DNA of 64,000 bases, from contig JAXMNT010000012.1 of assembly GCA_034670305.1 (NCBI GenBank), positions 64,001 through 128,000 on the forward strand, written 5' to 3'. The DNA is from Deltaproteobacteria bacterium. GTDB taxonomy: Bacteria > Myxococcota_A > Polyangia > Polyangiales > Houyiibacteriaceae. Shown one piece after another: positions 1 through 9,237 of the stretch. A program made the translations under genes and the position numbers. The notes beneath the pieces are model-generated. The model was not told the origin of the DNA. It did no database searches and saw only the letters and a list, made by a program, of their open reading frames with translations. Numbering within the stretch: position 1 is the stretch's first letter; the number at the start of each line of letters is the position of its first letter.

Positions 1-38
1 AGGGATGAACGCTGTATGCTCCGGTCGGTGGAGCCTCC

Positions 39-434
39 GTGTCTGCGTACCTGACCTTCATTGGAGCGATGAACCTCGCTGGCACGCTGACGCTGATGGC
101 TGCGCTCTCGGACCGAGTGGCGGATGCGCTGCTTCGGCGGTGGACGTTCATCGCGAAGACCGATGAGCCGATCCGGCACGGACCCTACGGACGGGTGTGG
201 CTGTGGTGGGCGATCGTCGGTACCGGCTTCTTCGGTGTGCTCAACTTGGTCGCCGCCAGTTGGCCCGAAGCACAAGCGCGGGTGGTGCTGTACGGCGACC
301 TCTACACCTACGGCGCGTTCGAAGTGCTCGCGATCGGCATGTCCCTCTCGCGCCGTTTCGGACCGGGGGTCGTGGTCTGCCACGTGCTCTGGCTGGTGCA
401 GGGCGGCTGGGGTCTGTGGGTCGCCCTGCGTTGA
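39..434 (+). CDS. Small membrane protein, unknown function
   Basis: 131-aa ORF with about 4 hydrophobic segments and a GGAG upstream. Confidence 0.7.
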   Translation: MSAYLTFIGAMNLAGTLTLMAALSDRVADALLRRWTFIAKTDEPIRHGPYGRVWLWWAIVGTGFFGVLNLVAASWPEAQARVVLYGDLYTYGAFEVLAIGMSLSRRFGPGVVVCHVLWLVQGGWGLWVALR

Positions 435-489
435 ACCACGGACTGTCTAGCAGCCGTGGCGCTGTCCCCCTGAAACGCTGGGCGGATCG

Positions 490-1086
490 TCAGAACGAGG
501 AGCCCGGGGTCTTCAGGAACTCCAGTTCGTCTTCGGTCGAGGGTCGGCCGAGGAGTGCGTTGCGGTGGGGGAAGCGGCCGAAGCGGTGGACGATGTCGCG
601 GTGGCTGACGGCGAACTTCACCGCCTGGTCGAGGCCGTCGTCGGGAAACTCTTTCTCCAGTGCTTGGAAGAGCGCGACGCACCTGTCTTGGAGCGCGCGG
701 TCTTCGGCGTGCATGAGTGGCATGTAGAAGAAGTAGCGAGCGTGCAGGCCGAGGTCGCGGTCGCAGCCGGCCGCCAAACCCTCGAGCACGACGCGCTGGG
801 CGCGCGCGTCCTCGGCGTACATCTTCGGGGTGTCGCGAAACATGTTCCGCGAGAACTGGTCGAGCACGATCACGTAGGCCACGCGGTGGCGCGCGGTGTC
901 CAGCCAGCCCGCGCATGCCCCGTCGCAGACCGAGTCGTAGACAGGCTCGAAGCGTTCTTTGATCTCGGCGTCGAAGGCGTCGCTCTTCATCCACCACTTC
1001 GAGGCGGTGGCGGCGGGCGCGCGGCCCTGTGTGTCCACCGCTCCGAGCCAGAACGCCAGCACGGGTTCGGGGTCATGCATCGACAT
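490..1086 (-). CDS. DUF924 family protein
   Basis: Family motifs VLAFW, IVLDQFSRNMFR, FFYMPLMHAE and RFGRFPHRNALLGRPSTEDE. Start could be 1080. Confidence 0.9.
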   Translation of the reverse strand: MSMHDPEPVLAFWLGAVDTQGRAPAATASKWWMKSDAFDAEIKERFEPVYDSVCDGACAGWLDTARHRVAYVIVLDQFSRNMFRDTPKMYAEDARAQRVVLEGLAAGCDRDLGLHARYFFYMPLMHAEDRALQDRCVALFQALEKEFPDDGLDQAVKFAVSHRDIVHRFGRFPHRNALLGRPSTEDELEFLKTPGSSF

Positions 1087-1192
1087 CGGTCAACTATCCA
1101 TGCGGGGCCCCACCCTGGCAACGCCCGCACGCAGGGTCGGCCCGTGAGGACACCACCGGACGGGGTCGGCCTTCGTGTGCGACGTTCCGGAG

Positions 1193-1864
1193 ATGCGAAC
1201 GACGATGATTCTTCTCGTACTCTGCGTGGGCTGCGACGACCCCGCTCCGAGCGTTGACCCCGCGCCCGAGTCGACGGCGCCAACGGCCGAGCCAGCCCCA
1301 TCCACGACCGCTCCGACTCCGACACCGTCCGAGGTGACCACTGGGTTCATCGAAGCGAAGGTCGACGGGGCGCCGATGCGCTACGAACACTTGCCGGCCA
1401 ACGACAACCGTGTCTTCACCCGCGTGACGAAGATGACCGCGCACGCGAGCGCCGAAAGCGAAGAAGGCTTCGAGCTGCTCTTGAACGGATTCGACGTGCG
1501 TACCCTCGAGATGCCGGCGGTGATCCGGGGCGGGATGCGGGACGCGGTGCGCGGCAACTTGGCCGCCGCCATGCGGATGCCGGCGCTCAAGTACCGGGAC
1601 GCGGATGGCAACCGCTACATCACCGTGTTCAACGACGACTCGCTCGAGTGTCAGAGCCTCGAGGACCTCGTCTTGACCTGTACCTTCTCAGGCACCCTCA
1701 ACGGCGACGCCGGCAGCGTGGAGATCACCGAAGGTCGGCTCCAAGTGAAACTCGGCACCGACGAGCTCGCGGACTCGATGTTGGAAGGATCGGTCGGGAT
1801 GGCGGCGGACGAATCGCTGGAACGCGTGCAGGAGGTCATCGACCGCCGCCGCGGGATGCGCTGA
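1193..1864 (+). CDS. Putative lipoprotein, unknown function
   Basis: Signal peptide with lipobox-like LCVGC, a Pro/Thr linker and a beta-rich domain. GGAG precedes ATG 1193. Confidence 0.7.
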   Translation: MRTTMILLVLCVGCDDPAPSVDPAPESTAPTAEPAPSTTAPTPTPSEVTTGFIEAKVDGAPMRYEHLPANDNRVFTRVTKMTAHASAESEEGFELLLNGFDVRTLEMPAVIRGGMRDAVRGNLAAAMRMPALKYRDADGNRYITVFNDDSLECQSLEDLVLTCTFSGTLNGDAGSVEITEGRLQVKLGTDELADSMLEGSVGMAADESLERVQEVIDRRRGMR

Positions 1865-2061
1865 GCAATCGCGGGCGCGTGGCAGGCCCGCTGAACCCGG
1901 TTGTGGCCGAGCAGACGCCCGGCTCAATGGTGGTACTCCGCGGCGACTGCAACGCGCTTCAGGGACGTCACTAGATGGGGAGGTCCGGGCGTCCAGCGGG
2001 GCAATTTTGCTCGTGCGACGGCAATTCTACTGCAGAACGGGTGCGGGGCGATTAGGGTCGC

Positions 2062-5000
2062 GTGATGGCGAACCGAGTTCACGTCTGGGCGCTGATGGGC
2101 CTCATTGCTTTCTGGAGCGGCTGCGGTGAGGGGGGAGAGGACCGCGACGCAGCCACCGCGGATGGGGGGTCCGACGACGGAGGCTCCACGGACGGCGCGA
2201 CCGAGGACGCGGGTCTGACCGATGCGGACGCGGCGATCGACGCGCGGGTCGATCTCGATGCGGCCGATGCGGGCGACGCGGGTCCCGAGAACTTCTGCGG
2301 CGATGGCGAGATCGCCGGCGGGGAGGAATGCGACGACGGGGACGCGAACAGCGACACCGAGCCCGACGCGTGCCGCACCGACTGCACCCAGCCGAGTTGC
2401 GGCGACGGCGTCGTCGACCTGGGCGAAGCGTGTGACACGGGTGCGCTCCGCTCGGATGTGTTGCCGGATCTCTGTCGGACCAACTGCCAGATGCCCAGCT
2501 GCGGCGACGCCATCGTCGACCGTGGCGAGGCCTGCGACACCGGGCTGATGAACTCGGACTACCGGCCGGACGCGTGCCGGACGAGCTGTGTGCTGCCGAG
2601 CTGCGGAGACGGCGCGCAGGATCGCGACGAAGAGTGCGACACGGGCGACGCGCGCTCGGACGACTTGCCGCTCGGTTGCCGACTCGACTGCACGAACTCG
2701 ACCTGCGGCGACGGCGCGCTCGACGAAGGCGAGCAGTGCGACGACGGAGACGCGAACGCGAACGTGAGCAACACGTGCCGCACCAACTGCCGTCTGCCTC
2801 GCTGTGGCGACGGCATCCTCGACCACCGCGAACAGTGCGATGGCGGCTCCAACTGTTTGCCCCGCCGGTGCATGTGGGACGGCAGCGGGGCGGCGCCGGT
2901 GCCGCAGAACTACGCGGCCGATGGCACCGCATCCAATGCCTGCCGAGTCGCGACGCCCAGCGCGTGCAGCGCCCTGCAGGCCGCTGGATCCTGGCGCGCG
3001 TACAGCGACTCCACCGGCGGTCGCGTTGGACCAGATTATCCGTGCTGGGAGTACTACTTGATCGCGTGTGCGGACTGCCCGTACTGGGACGAAGCCACCT
3101 GCGGGGACCGCGCACGCGCGCCGGTCGAGTGCCGCGAGATCGGTGACCTGATCTGCAACGTCATCGAACTGGCCGACTGCCCCTCCGGGTTCTCGCTCAC
3201 GTCGTGCGGGAGCGCGACGTTCCGGAACCAGCGCCCGCCGCTCTACGACCCTGCGTGTCGCGGTTCGGTCGAGTCCCGATGCGACACGATGGGCGCCGCG
3301 ATGTGTCCGACCGACATCGATGCGTGCGCCGCGTTCGAAGCCGATGGCACCGCGCCGGCGGGATGCAGCTGGTACCTACAAGGCCGCTGCGAGGGTGTGA
3401 TCTCCGCCGCCTGTCCAAGCGTGACGACGGGCACGTGTTCCGACATGGAGGCCGCGCTCGCCGGCCGACACGAAGCGTGCACCGACTACCTCATGACGCG
3501 CTGCGAAGGCTGGGACGAACGCCTCTGCCCCGAAGCCAGCGCGCAGACGATCACCCCGACGCTCTGCACGAGCAGCTACGGCGTGCTCGAGTCGCGCTGG
3601 CCCACCGAGTGTCACGACTGGCTCGAGCTCCGGTGCCGCAGCGAGGTCGCGACGCAAGCGCAGGACACCTACACCGCAGCGGGCGGCTGTCCCAGCGAGA
3701 CGACCCGCGTGACCGATGGCGGCGACTACATGGGGGTGGGCTCGAGCGTGTCGGACCCGGCCCGGCACGACTGCCCGATCTACGCCTACGAACCCGCGCC
3801 GCCCGCGCTCGTGTCGTTCGACGCCACCGCGTTCGAGTACACGCTCGCCGACGCGGACGTCGTGCTCTACGAGCGGGACCTCGGCAGCGTCGCCGTCGGT
3901 AGCTGCGAGGAGTACGTCGAGCAGCGGTTCTACACGTACAACGCGTTCCGCGCGTACTCGGAGCGGTTCTACGACGACGCGCGCCGCGTGCACCAGCTCG
4001 CGTACTCCGACGACCCCGAGCACCTCGACTACGCGATCGGCCACCGCGCGGTCACCCGAGGCCAACCCTTCGGGCACTACCCGAACCACGCGCCGGTTCT
4101 GACCGGTGACTACGCGCTCGGCATGGACGGCGGCTGGAGCCCGAAGAACGACTTCTACCGATTGATGTGGACCCAGAACGAAGAGATCCGCGCCGTGCTC
4201 CGCAACATCTCGGACACGTTCAGCCCGCTCGAGCGCGCGGTCGACCCCGACGCCGACGTGCGCAACCAGGGCATCCTCGACGACCTCGCCTCGCAGGGCA
4301 TGGTCTACCGGACCGGCACGGAGCGCGCCGAGACCGACGGCTGGCACCACCACCAGCGCATGAGCGAGAACCTCGGCAGCCGCGGGGTGAGCGACGAGGT
4401 CCTCTCCTACAACTGGGGCCTGCGCGACGACTTCAATCAGCTGATGGACGAACGCAAGACGCTGGTCACGCAGCGCGACGAGGTGCGCGTGATCATTGGC
4501 GGCATGGACCCGATCGGAGACCGCATCCGGAGCGAGATCCTCGCGATCGACAAGTCGATCAACCGTCTGATCAAACGCGCGGACCAGCGCGGCTGCTTCA
4601 ACCTCTACCGGGATGCCGCCGGTGAAGTGATCCCGCACCCCTGCGACTGGGCACCGCAGGACTTCGTCGAAGAGGTGCAGCGCATGTTCGAGCTCGGCAT
4701 GGAAGACGAACTCGAGCGTTGCGAGAACTTCGCGCCGGCCGACTTCTCCACCCTCTCGAGCGGCTACACCTACTTGTCGGGGACGATGTTCGTGAACGAG
4801 CCGGACGACCCGACCGAACGGGCCGTCGACTTCGAGACGTACCTCGACCGGCAGCAGTACACGTACGCGAACCTCGACGACGCGTTCGACACCGAGAACC
4901 CTGAGCGCGCGCCAACCTACGGCGAGAGCTACGGCGTCGGCGACACGATCGGCATCCCGGAGTGGTTCGGCGCGGGCTACGACGTGGGCGCCGCCTGGTT

Positions 5001-5841
5001 CCTCGACTTCCCGCCGCACCCGGACACCGGAGAGCCGGACCTCTGCCAGATCGACGCGGGCGCCGACGCGCACATGCAAGCCTGGGTCGACTTGGCGACG
5101 ATCCGCTTCCACGCGATCGACGGCGCGATCGACGTGGCGATGCGGGACGAAATGGGTGCGGGCGATCCGCAGTTCAGCACGCATCTGCGGGTGCTCGGCG
5201 TAGAGATCTGGGACGAGGAACTCAGCGGACGCGGCGTGGTCGACGCGGTCGACCGGGAGTACGAATACAACCTCGTCTTCGAACAGCAGGTGGGCGACGA
5301 AGGGTTCGACTCGGAGGTCTCCGCGCCAGTGTTCACGCTCGCCGGCTTCGACGTCGTCATTCGGATCGGCGCGGCCGGGCGGGTAGGACTCGATGTGTCG
5401 GGCGGGCTTGCGATGGCGCTCGACACGAGCGGCGACTGCGGTCCGAGTGGCCACATCGACATCGAAGCGGCGGCGCGTCCCTTCGGCATGCTCAGCGGCT
5501 TCGCGGAGCTGGGCATCGATCTCTTCGTCGTGGAGCTCGGGGTCGGCGCATCGCTGCAGGTCATCGAGCTCGCCCTGCCGGTGACGACCTCGCTCGGCTT
5601 CGAGACCGACGGGCCTTTGCGGGACACGAACTTCCGCGTCGCGACGCACGCAGACCTCGAGCTGGAACTGCTGAGCGGCCGCGTCTACGCGTACGCCGAC
5701 ACGTGGTGGAAGACCTACAAGACAACGCTCTTCCGCTGGAGCGGACCGAGCTGGGTGATCCCGGTGTTCCACAAGGACTACAGCTACCCGCTGGGTCCGC
5801 TCGTGACGTTCTGCGACATCAACCCGTCCGCATGCGAGTGA
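2062..5841 (+). CDS. Large Cys-rich lipoprotein with myxobacterial CGDG (DUF4215-like) repeats and a C-terminal amphipathic beta-sheet region
   Basis: Lipobox-like WSGC, DAG linker, six CGDGxxxxxExCDxG repeats, a Cys-rich middle, and about 300 C-terminal residues with alternating beta pattern. Confidence 0.85.
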   Translation: MMANRVHVWALMGLIAFWSGCGEGGEDRDAATADGGSDDGGSTDGATEDAGLTDADAAIDARVDLDAADAGDAGPENFCGDGEIAGGEECDDGDANSDTEPDACRTDCTQPSCGDGVVDLGEACDTGALRSDVLPDLCRTNCQMPSCGDAIVDRGEACDTGLMNSDYRPDACRTSCVLPSCGDGAQDRDEECDTGDARSDDLPLGCRLDCTNSTCGDGALDEGEQCDDGDANANVSNTCRTNCRLPRCGDGILDHREQCDGGSNCLPRRCMWDGSGAAPVPQNYAADGTASNACRVATPSACSALQAAGSWRAYSDSTGGRVGPDYPCWEYYLIACADCPYWDEATCGDRARAPVECREIGDLICNVIELADCPSGFSLTSCGSATFRNQRPPLYDPACRGSVESRCDTMGAAMCPTDIDACAAFEADGTAPAGCSWYLQGRCEGVISAACPSVTTGTCSDMEAALAGRHEACTDYLMTRCEGWDERLCPEASAQTITPTLCTSSYGVLESRWPTECHDWLELRCRSEVATQAQDTYTAAGGCPSETTRVTDGGDYMGVGSSVSDPARHDCPIYAYEPAPPALVSFDATAFEYTLADADVVLYERDLGSVAVGSCEEYVEQRFYTYNAFRAYSERFYDDARRVHQLAYSDDPEHLDYAIGHRAVTRGQPFGHYPNHAPVLTGDYALGMDGGWSPKNDFYRLMWTQNEEIRAVLRNISDTFSPLERAVDPDADVRNQGILDDLASQGMVYRTGTERAETDGWHHHQRMSENLGSRGVSDEVLSYNWGLRDDFNQLMDERKTLVTQRDEVRVIIGGMDPIGDRIRSEILAIDKSINRLIKRADQRGCFNLYRDAAGEVIPHPCDWAPQDFVEEVQRMFELGMEDELERCENFAPADFSTLSSGYTYLSGTMFVNEPDDPTERAVDFETYLDRQQYTYANLDDAFDTENPERAPTYGESYGVGDTIGIPEWFGAGYDVGAAWFLDFPPHPDTGEPDLCQIDAGADAHMQAWVDLATIRFHAIDGAIDVAMRDEMGAGDPQFSTHLRVLGVEIWDEELSGRGVVDAVDREYEYNLVFEQQVGDEGFDSEVSAPVFTLAGFDVVIRIGAAGRVGLDVSGGLAMALDTSGDCGPSGHIDIEAAARPFGMLSGFAELGIDLFVVELGVGASLQVIELALPVTTSLGFETDGPLRDTNFRVATHADLELELLSGRVYAYADTWWKTYKTTLFRWSGPSWVIPVFHKDYSYPLGPLVTFCDINPSACE

Positions 5842-5845
5842 GGGC

Positions 5846-7699
5846 GTGAAGGCGCGCTGGCTCGCGCTGGCGGCCGCGGGCGCACTCGCGGCGTTGGTGG
5901 CGTTGGTCGTGATGCGGGGGCGACCGCCGTCCGACGATGCGGTGCGCGATCGCGGGACCGCCGTGATGGGCGCCTCCGACGTGCGCGCCTTCACGTTGGC
6001 GCTGAGCGACGAGGGCGAAGTCCGCACCCCATCCGGCACACCGGACGCCGAGGCAGGCACCGTGGTCGCGCGCCTGAGGCTGCGGGGCACCGTCGTGCTC
6101 CAGACCGTCGACTCGGATCCGTCGTGGAGCCTGCTCTCGCTCCGGAGCGCCGACGAGGTCGCGTGGTCGATGAATGGCGCGGCCATGCCAGATGCCGCGG
6201 ACCGGTTCCACGGGGCGGAGGTCTACGTGCGGCACGGGGAGGCAGGCGAAGTCGTCGCTGTGGAAGCCGACGCCGACACGGCCGCGCCCATCGCGCGCGT
6301 GCTCGAGACCGTCGCCCTCGCGCTTGGCCGAGAGCGACTCGCCCCGGAAGAAGCGCGGACTGCCCGGCTTCGAACACCCTTCGGCGAGGCGAACACCCGG
6401 GTGGTGGCGGATGCCGCATGCCGCGCCGCGCCGTGTTCGTTCATCGCCACCCACAGCGGCGACGACTACGTCGTCATCGACCAAGGCGCGTCCGCCACGG
6501 GCGAGGCGCGCCGCGACGTGACCTGGGACGCCGAGGGCATCGCGCGCATCGAGTCCGGAGAACGGATGGCGCTCCAGAACCCACGCGGCGCACCGATCGG
6601 CCACCGCGAAGTCCACGTCACGCTCGAACGCACCGCACCACCCGCGGGGCTGGCGCACGCACGCCTTCGCGGAACCCGGGTCGCGGTCGGTGCGCTGCGT
6701 GGGGACGCCGCGCGGCGCGGACTCCAACAACGCGTGGCGGGCCTGACGATCGAACAGGTGCTGGCCGATCTGGCGCTCGCGGTCGGTGGCCGGTTGCCGG
6801 ACCACGACCGGTGGCTCTGGCGTGCGACCGGCTTGCTGCAGCTCGATCCCGAGGCGGCGAGGGCGCTGGCCGATGCGTGTCTCGACGGACGGCTGGAAGG
6901 CGAGTCCCGCCGGGTCGCACTCGAGCTGCTCGCCAACGTGGGCAACCCCGCGTCGCAGGCTGGGCTTCGGCGCGTGCTCGCCGATCCTGGCGTCGTCGCG
7001 GGCGAAGACTACCCGCGGCTCGTGCAGCGCGCGGTGCTGCTGCGCGATCCCGAAGACGAGACCATCGCCTTTCTCACCGGGCAGGGCGAAGCGCTCCAAG
7101 GCGCGTCGTCGCGCGCGTCCTTCGTGGCCGCCGGGGGCGCGATCGGACACGCGCGCAGCGGAGACCAGGCGCGCGGACAGGAGGCGGTGGGCCGCTTGCG
7201 GGAGGCGCTCGGGGCTGCGTCCGATCCAGCCGACCGCCGCGCGCTCGTGATGGCGCTCGGCAACGCGGCCGCCGCCGAAGCCCAGTCCGATCTCCTGGAA
7301 GCAGCCCGCGCCGAGGACGCGGACCTTCGCCGGACCGCGGCGCGCGCGCTCGCACACCTCGAGGACGACGAGAGCGCCGGGCAGCTCGCGGCGATGGTGC
7401 AGGACCCGGACCCGCTCGTGCAGCGCGCGGCCCTCGACGCGCTCTCCGAGAACCACCCGACGGCCGAACAGTTGGTCGGTGTCGCCGAGTTCGTGGCGGA
7501 GCTGCCCCAACCCACCCGCGTCGCCGTCGTCACCCTTTTGGAACGTCTGCTGCGCAGCTCGGATGGGGGCCCGAGCGCCGCCTCTCGCATCGGGATGCTC
7601 TCGGTCGTCAACGCGCTCCGGCCGACCTCGCTGCCCGACGACGCGGCGCACCGGCTGATGGCGCTGCACCGCGCGCTCTCCTTCACCCGCGCGCGCTGA
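5846..7699 (+). CDS. HEAT-repeat protein with N-terminal anchor and a vitellogenin_N-like beta plus helical architecture
   Basis: N-terminal hydrophobic helix, beta-rich domain, then HEAT-like repeats (ALGNAA; EDADLRRTAARALAHL; DPDPLVQRAALDAL). Starts 4 nt after the previous gene. Confidence 0.75.
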   Translation: MKARWLALAAAGALAALVALVVMRGRPPSDDAVRDRGTAVMGASDVRAFTLALSDEGEVRTPSGTPDAEAGTVVARLRLRGTVVLQTVDSDPSWSLLSLRSADEVAWSMNGAAMPDAADRFHGAEVYVRHGEAGEVVAVEADADTAAPIARVLETVALALGRERLAPEEARTARLRTPFGEANTRVVADAACRAAPCSFIATHSGDDYVVIDQGASATGEARRDVTWDAEGIARIESGERMALQNPRGAPIGHREVHVTLERTAPPAGLAHARLRGTRVAVGALRGDAARRGLQQRVAGLTIEQVLADLALAVGGRLPDHDRWLWRATGLLQLDPEAARALADACLDGRLEGESRRVALELLANVGNPASQAGLRRVLADPGVVAGEDYPRLVQRAVLLRDPEDETIAFLTGQGEALQGASSRASFVAAGGAIGHARSGDQARGQEAVGRLREALGAASDPADRRALVMALGNAAAAEAQSDLLEAARAEDADLRRTAARALAHLEDDESAGQLAAMVQDPDPLVQRAALDALSENHPTAEQLVGVAEFVAELPQPTRVAVVTLLERLLRSSDGGPSAASRIGMLSVVNALRPTSLPDDAAHRLMALHRALSFTRAR

Positions 7700-7839
7700 C
7701 GTCCGGCACGACATGCGGTGAGCCGGTGGGTGATGAAGTGGGTCGGTCTGACGGCTGGCCCACTGCGACCGGACAGTGACCGATGACAGTGACCGATTCG
7801 GCGGCGAGAAGTGGGGCTGGGTGCGGGCTACCTTGGGGC

Positions 7840-9198
7840 ATGATCTCCACCCGCAGTCTCGCGTGTTTGTGCGTTCTTCTCTTCGCCTGCGGCGACGGCG
7901 GCGCGCCGCTCGACGCGGGCACCGATGCACGGGTCGCGACCGACGCGCCCGCGCAGGACGCGCCCGCACAAGACGCGCCCGCACAAGACGCGCCCGCAGA
8001 CGACGCGGACGTCGATGCCTGCGCAGACGTCGATTGCGGACGCGGCACCTGCGACCCGGACGGGCCGGCGTGCGTGTGCGACGACGGGTTTCACGCCGAG
8101 GGGCTGCGCTGTGTGATGGACGTCTGCGAAGGCGACGGGTGCCCGACGATGACCGTCTCCGACTGGCAGGCGCTCTTCGATGCGCACTGGACCGAGACCG
8201 ACCAGGCAGACTGCGAAGCGCGCGCGGCTTCGGGAGGCTCCGAGCAGGAGCACTACTTCCTCGCGTACTGCATCGACGGACTCGTCTCGATGTGGCGCGC
8301 AACCGACGACGACACCTACCTCGACACCACGCTCGGGTTGATCGACGACACCATCGCCGACGCGCGTGCACGCGCGGACGGTTTTCTCTACTGGTCGGGG
8401 CCCTACGAAGGGAACACCTACCCGCTCTGGGACAGCTACTACTGGCGCATCGTCGCGACGCTGGTTCGGCTGCTCGACGACGCACCCGACGTGCGCGCGC
8501 GCGGCGACTACCAAGCGCAGTACGAAGCGCTCCTCGCGTTCACCGAACAGCACATTTGGGACAAATGGCTCGACGGCGAATGGGGCGGCAGCGGCAACTT
8601 CTATCGCTCGCGCACCCACATGGCGTCGCACTGGGCCCGCATCGGACTCGAGCTGCACGCGGTCACCGGCGAGGCGGCGTACTTGGATGTGTTCGACCGG
8701 GTCTCCCACGGCGAGATGCCGGGCCGCCCGTCCAACCTCCGCAACCAGTTCGCGCCGAACCCCGCCCAGCCGGCCGCCTACGTCTGGTCCTCGGAGTGGA
8801 ACGAGACGCCAGGGGCGGGCACCGTACAGGACACCTCGCACGCGGGCGCGATCGTGTCGTTCGTCTCCACCGCGGTCGAGCTCGGCCAGTACTGGACCAC
8901 CGACGACCTCGACGCGCTGTCGGAGACCATGAACACCGTCGTCTGGGAGGCTTCGCTCGAGGGCGGTTACCACCGCAACGTCGACGGTACGACCGACGCG
9001 GGCGACACGCCTTATGCGGTGGGTGGAGGGCTCGGCGGGCGCATGCACGAGTGGTTCGTGCTCGGCCGCCACCGCCCAGACATCCAAGCGCGGATGGAAC
9101 GCCAGTACATCACCTACCCCCGCAACGTCAGCTACTTCGGCATCGAGGTGTACGGCATCGGCGCCTACAACGCGCGTGTGCTCGGCCTGACCGACTGA
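7840..9198 (+). CDS. Lipoprotein with an EGF-like module and a putative (alpha/alpha)-toroid glycan-active domain
   Basis: Lipobox LFAC, DAPAQ repeats, EGF-like CGRGTC..CVCDDGF, and an aromatic-rich helical domain with ATDDDTYLD and VTGEAAYLD helix-turn motifs. TACCTT lies 5 nt before ATG 7840. Confidence 0.7.
   Translation: MISTRSLACLCVLLFACGDGGAPLDAGTDARVATDAPAQDAPAQDAPAQDAPADDADVDACADVDCGRGTCDPDGPACVCDDGFHAEGLRCVMDVCEGDGCPTMTVSDWQALFDAHWTETDQADCEARAASGGSEQEHYFLAYCIDGLVSMWRATDDDTYLDTTLGLIDDTIADARARADGFLYWSGPYEGNTYPLWDSYYWRIVATLVRLLDDAPDVRARGDYQAQYEALLAFTEQHIWDKWLDGEWGGSGNFYRSRTHMASHWARIGLELHAVTGEAAYLDVFDRVSHGEMPGRPSNLRNQFAPNPAQPAAYVWSSEWNETPGAGTVQDTSHAGAIVSFVSTAVELGQYWTTDDLDALSETMNTVVWEASLEGGYHRNVDGTTDAGDTPYAVGGGLGGRMHEWFVLGRHRPDIQARMERQYITYPRNVSYFGIEVYGIGAYNARVLGLTD
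7942..8001 (+). repeat. 15-bp coding tandem repeat (DAPAQ, about 4 copies)
   Basis: GACGCGCCCGCRCAR units in the lipoprotein linker. Confidence 0.8.
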
Positions 9199-9237
9199 GC
9201 CCCGACCGACGTGGACGACCGCCGTCGAGAAGCGTGG

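Noticed and set aside
3376-8485. 936-aa and 888-aa minus-strand ORFs
   Set aside because: Antisense shadows of the Cys-rich, HEAT and EGF lipoprotein genes.
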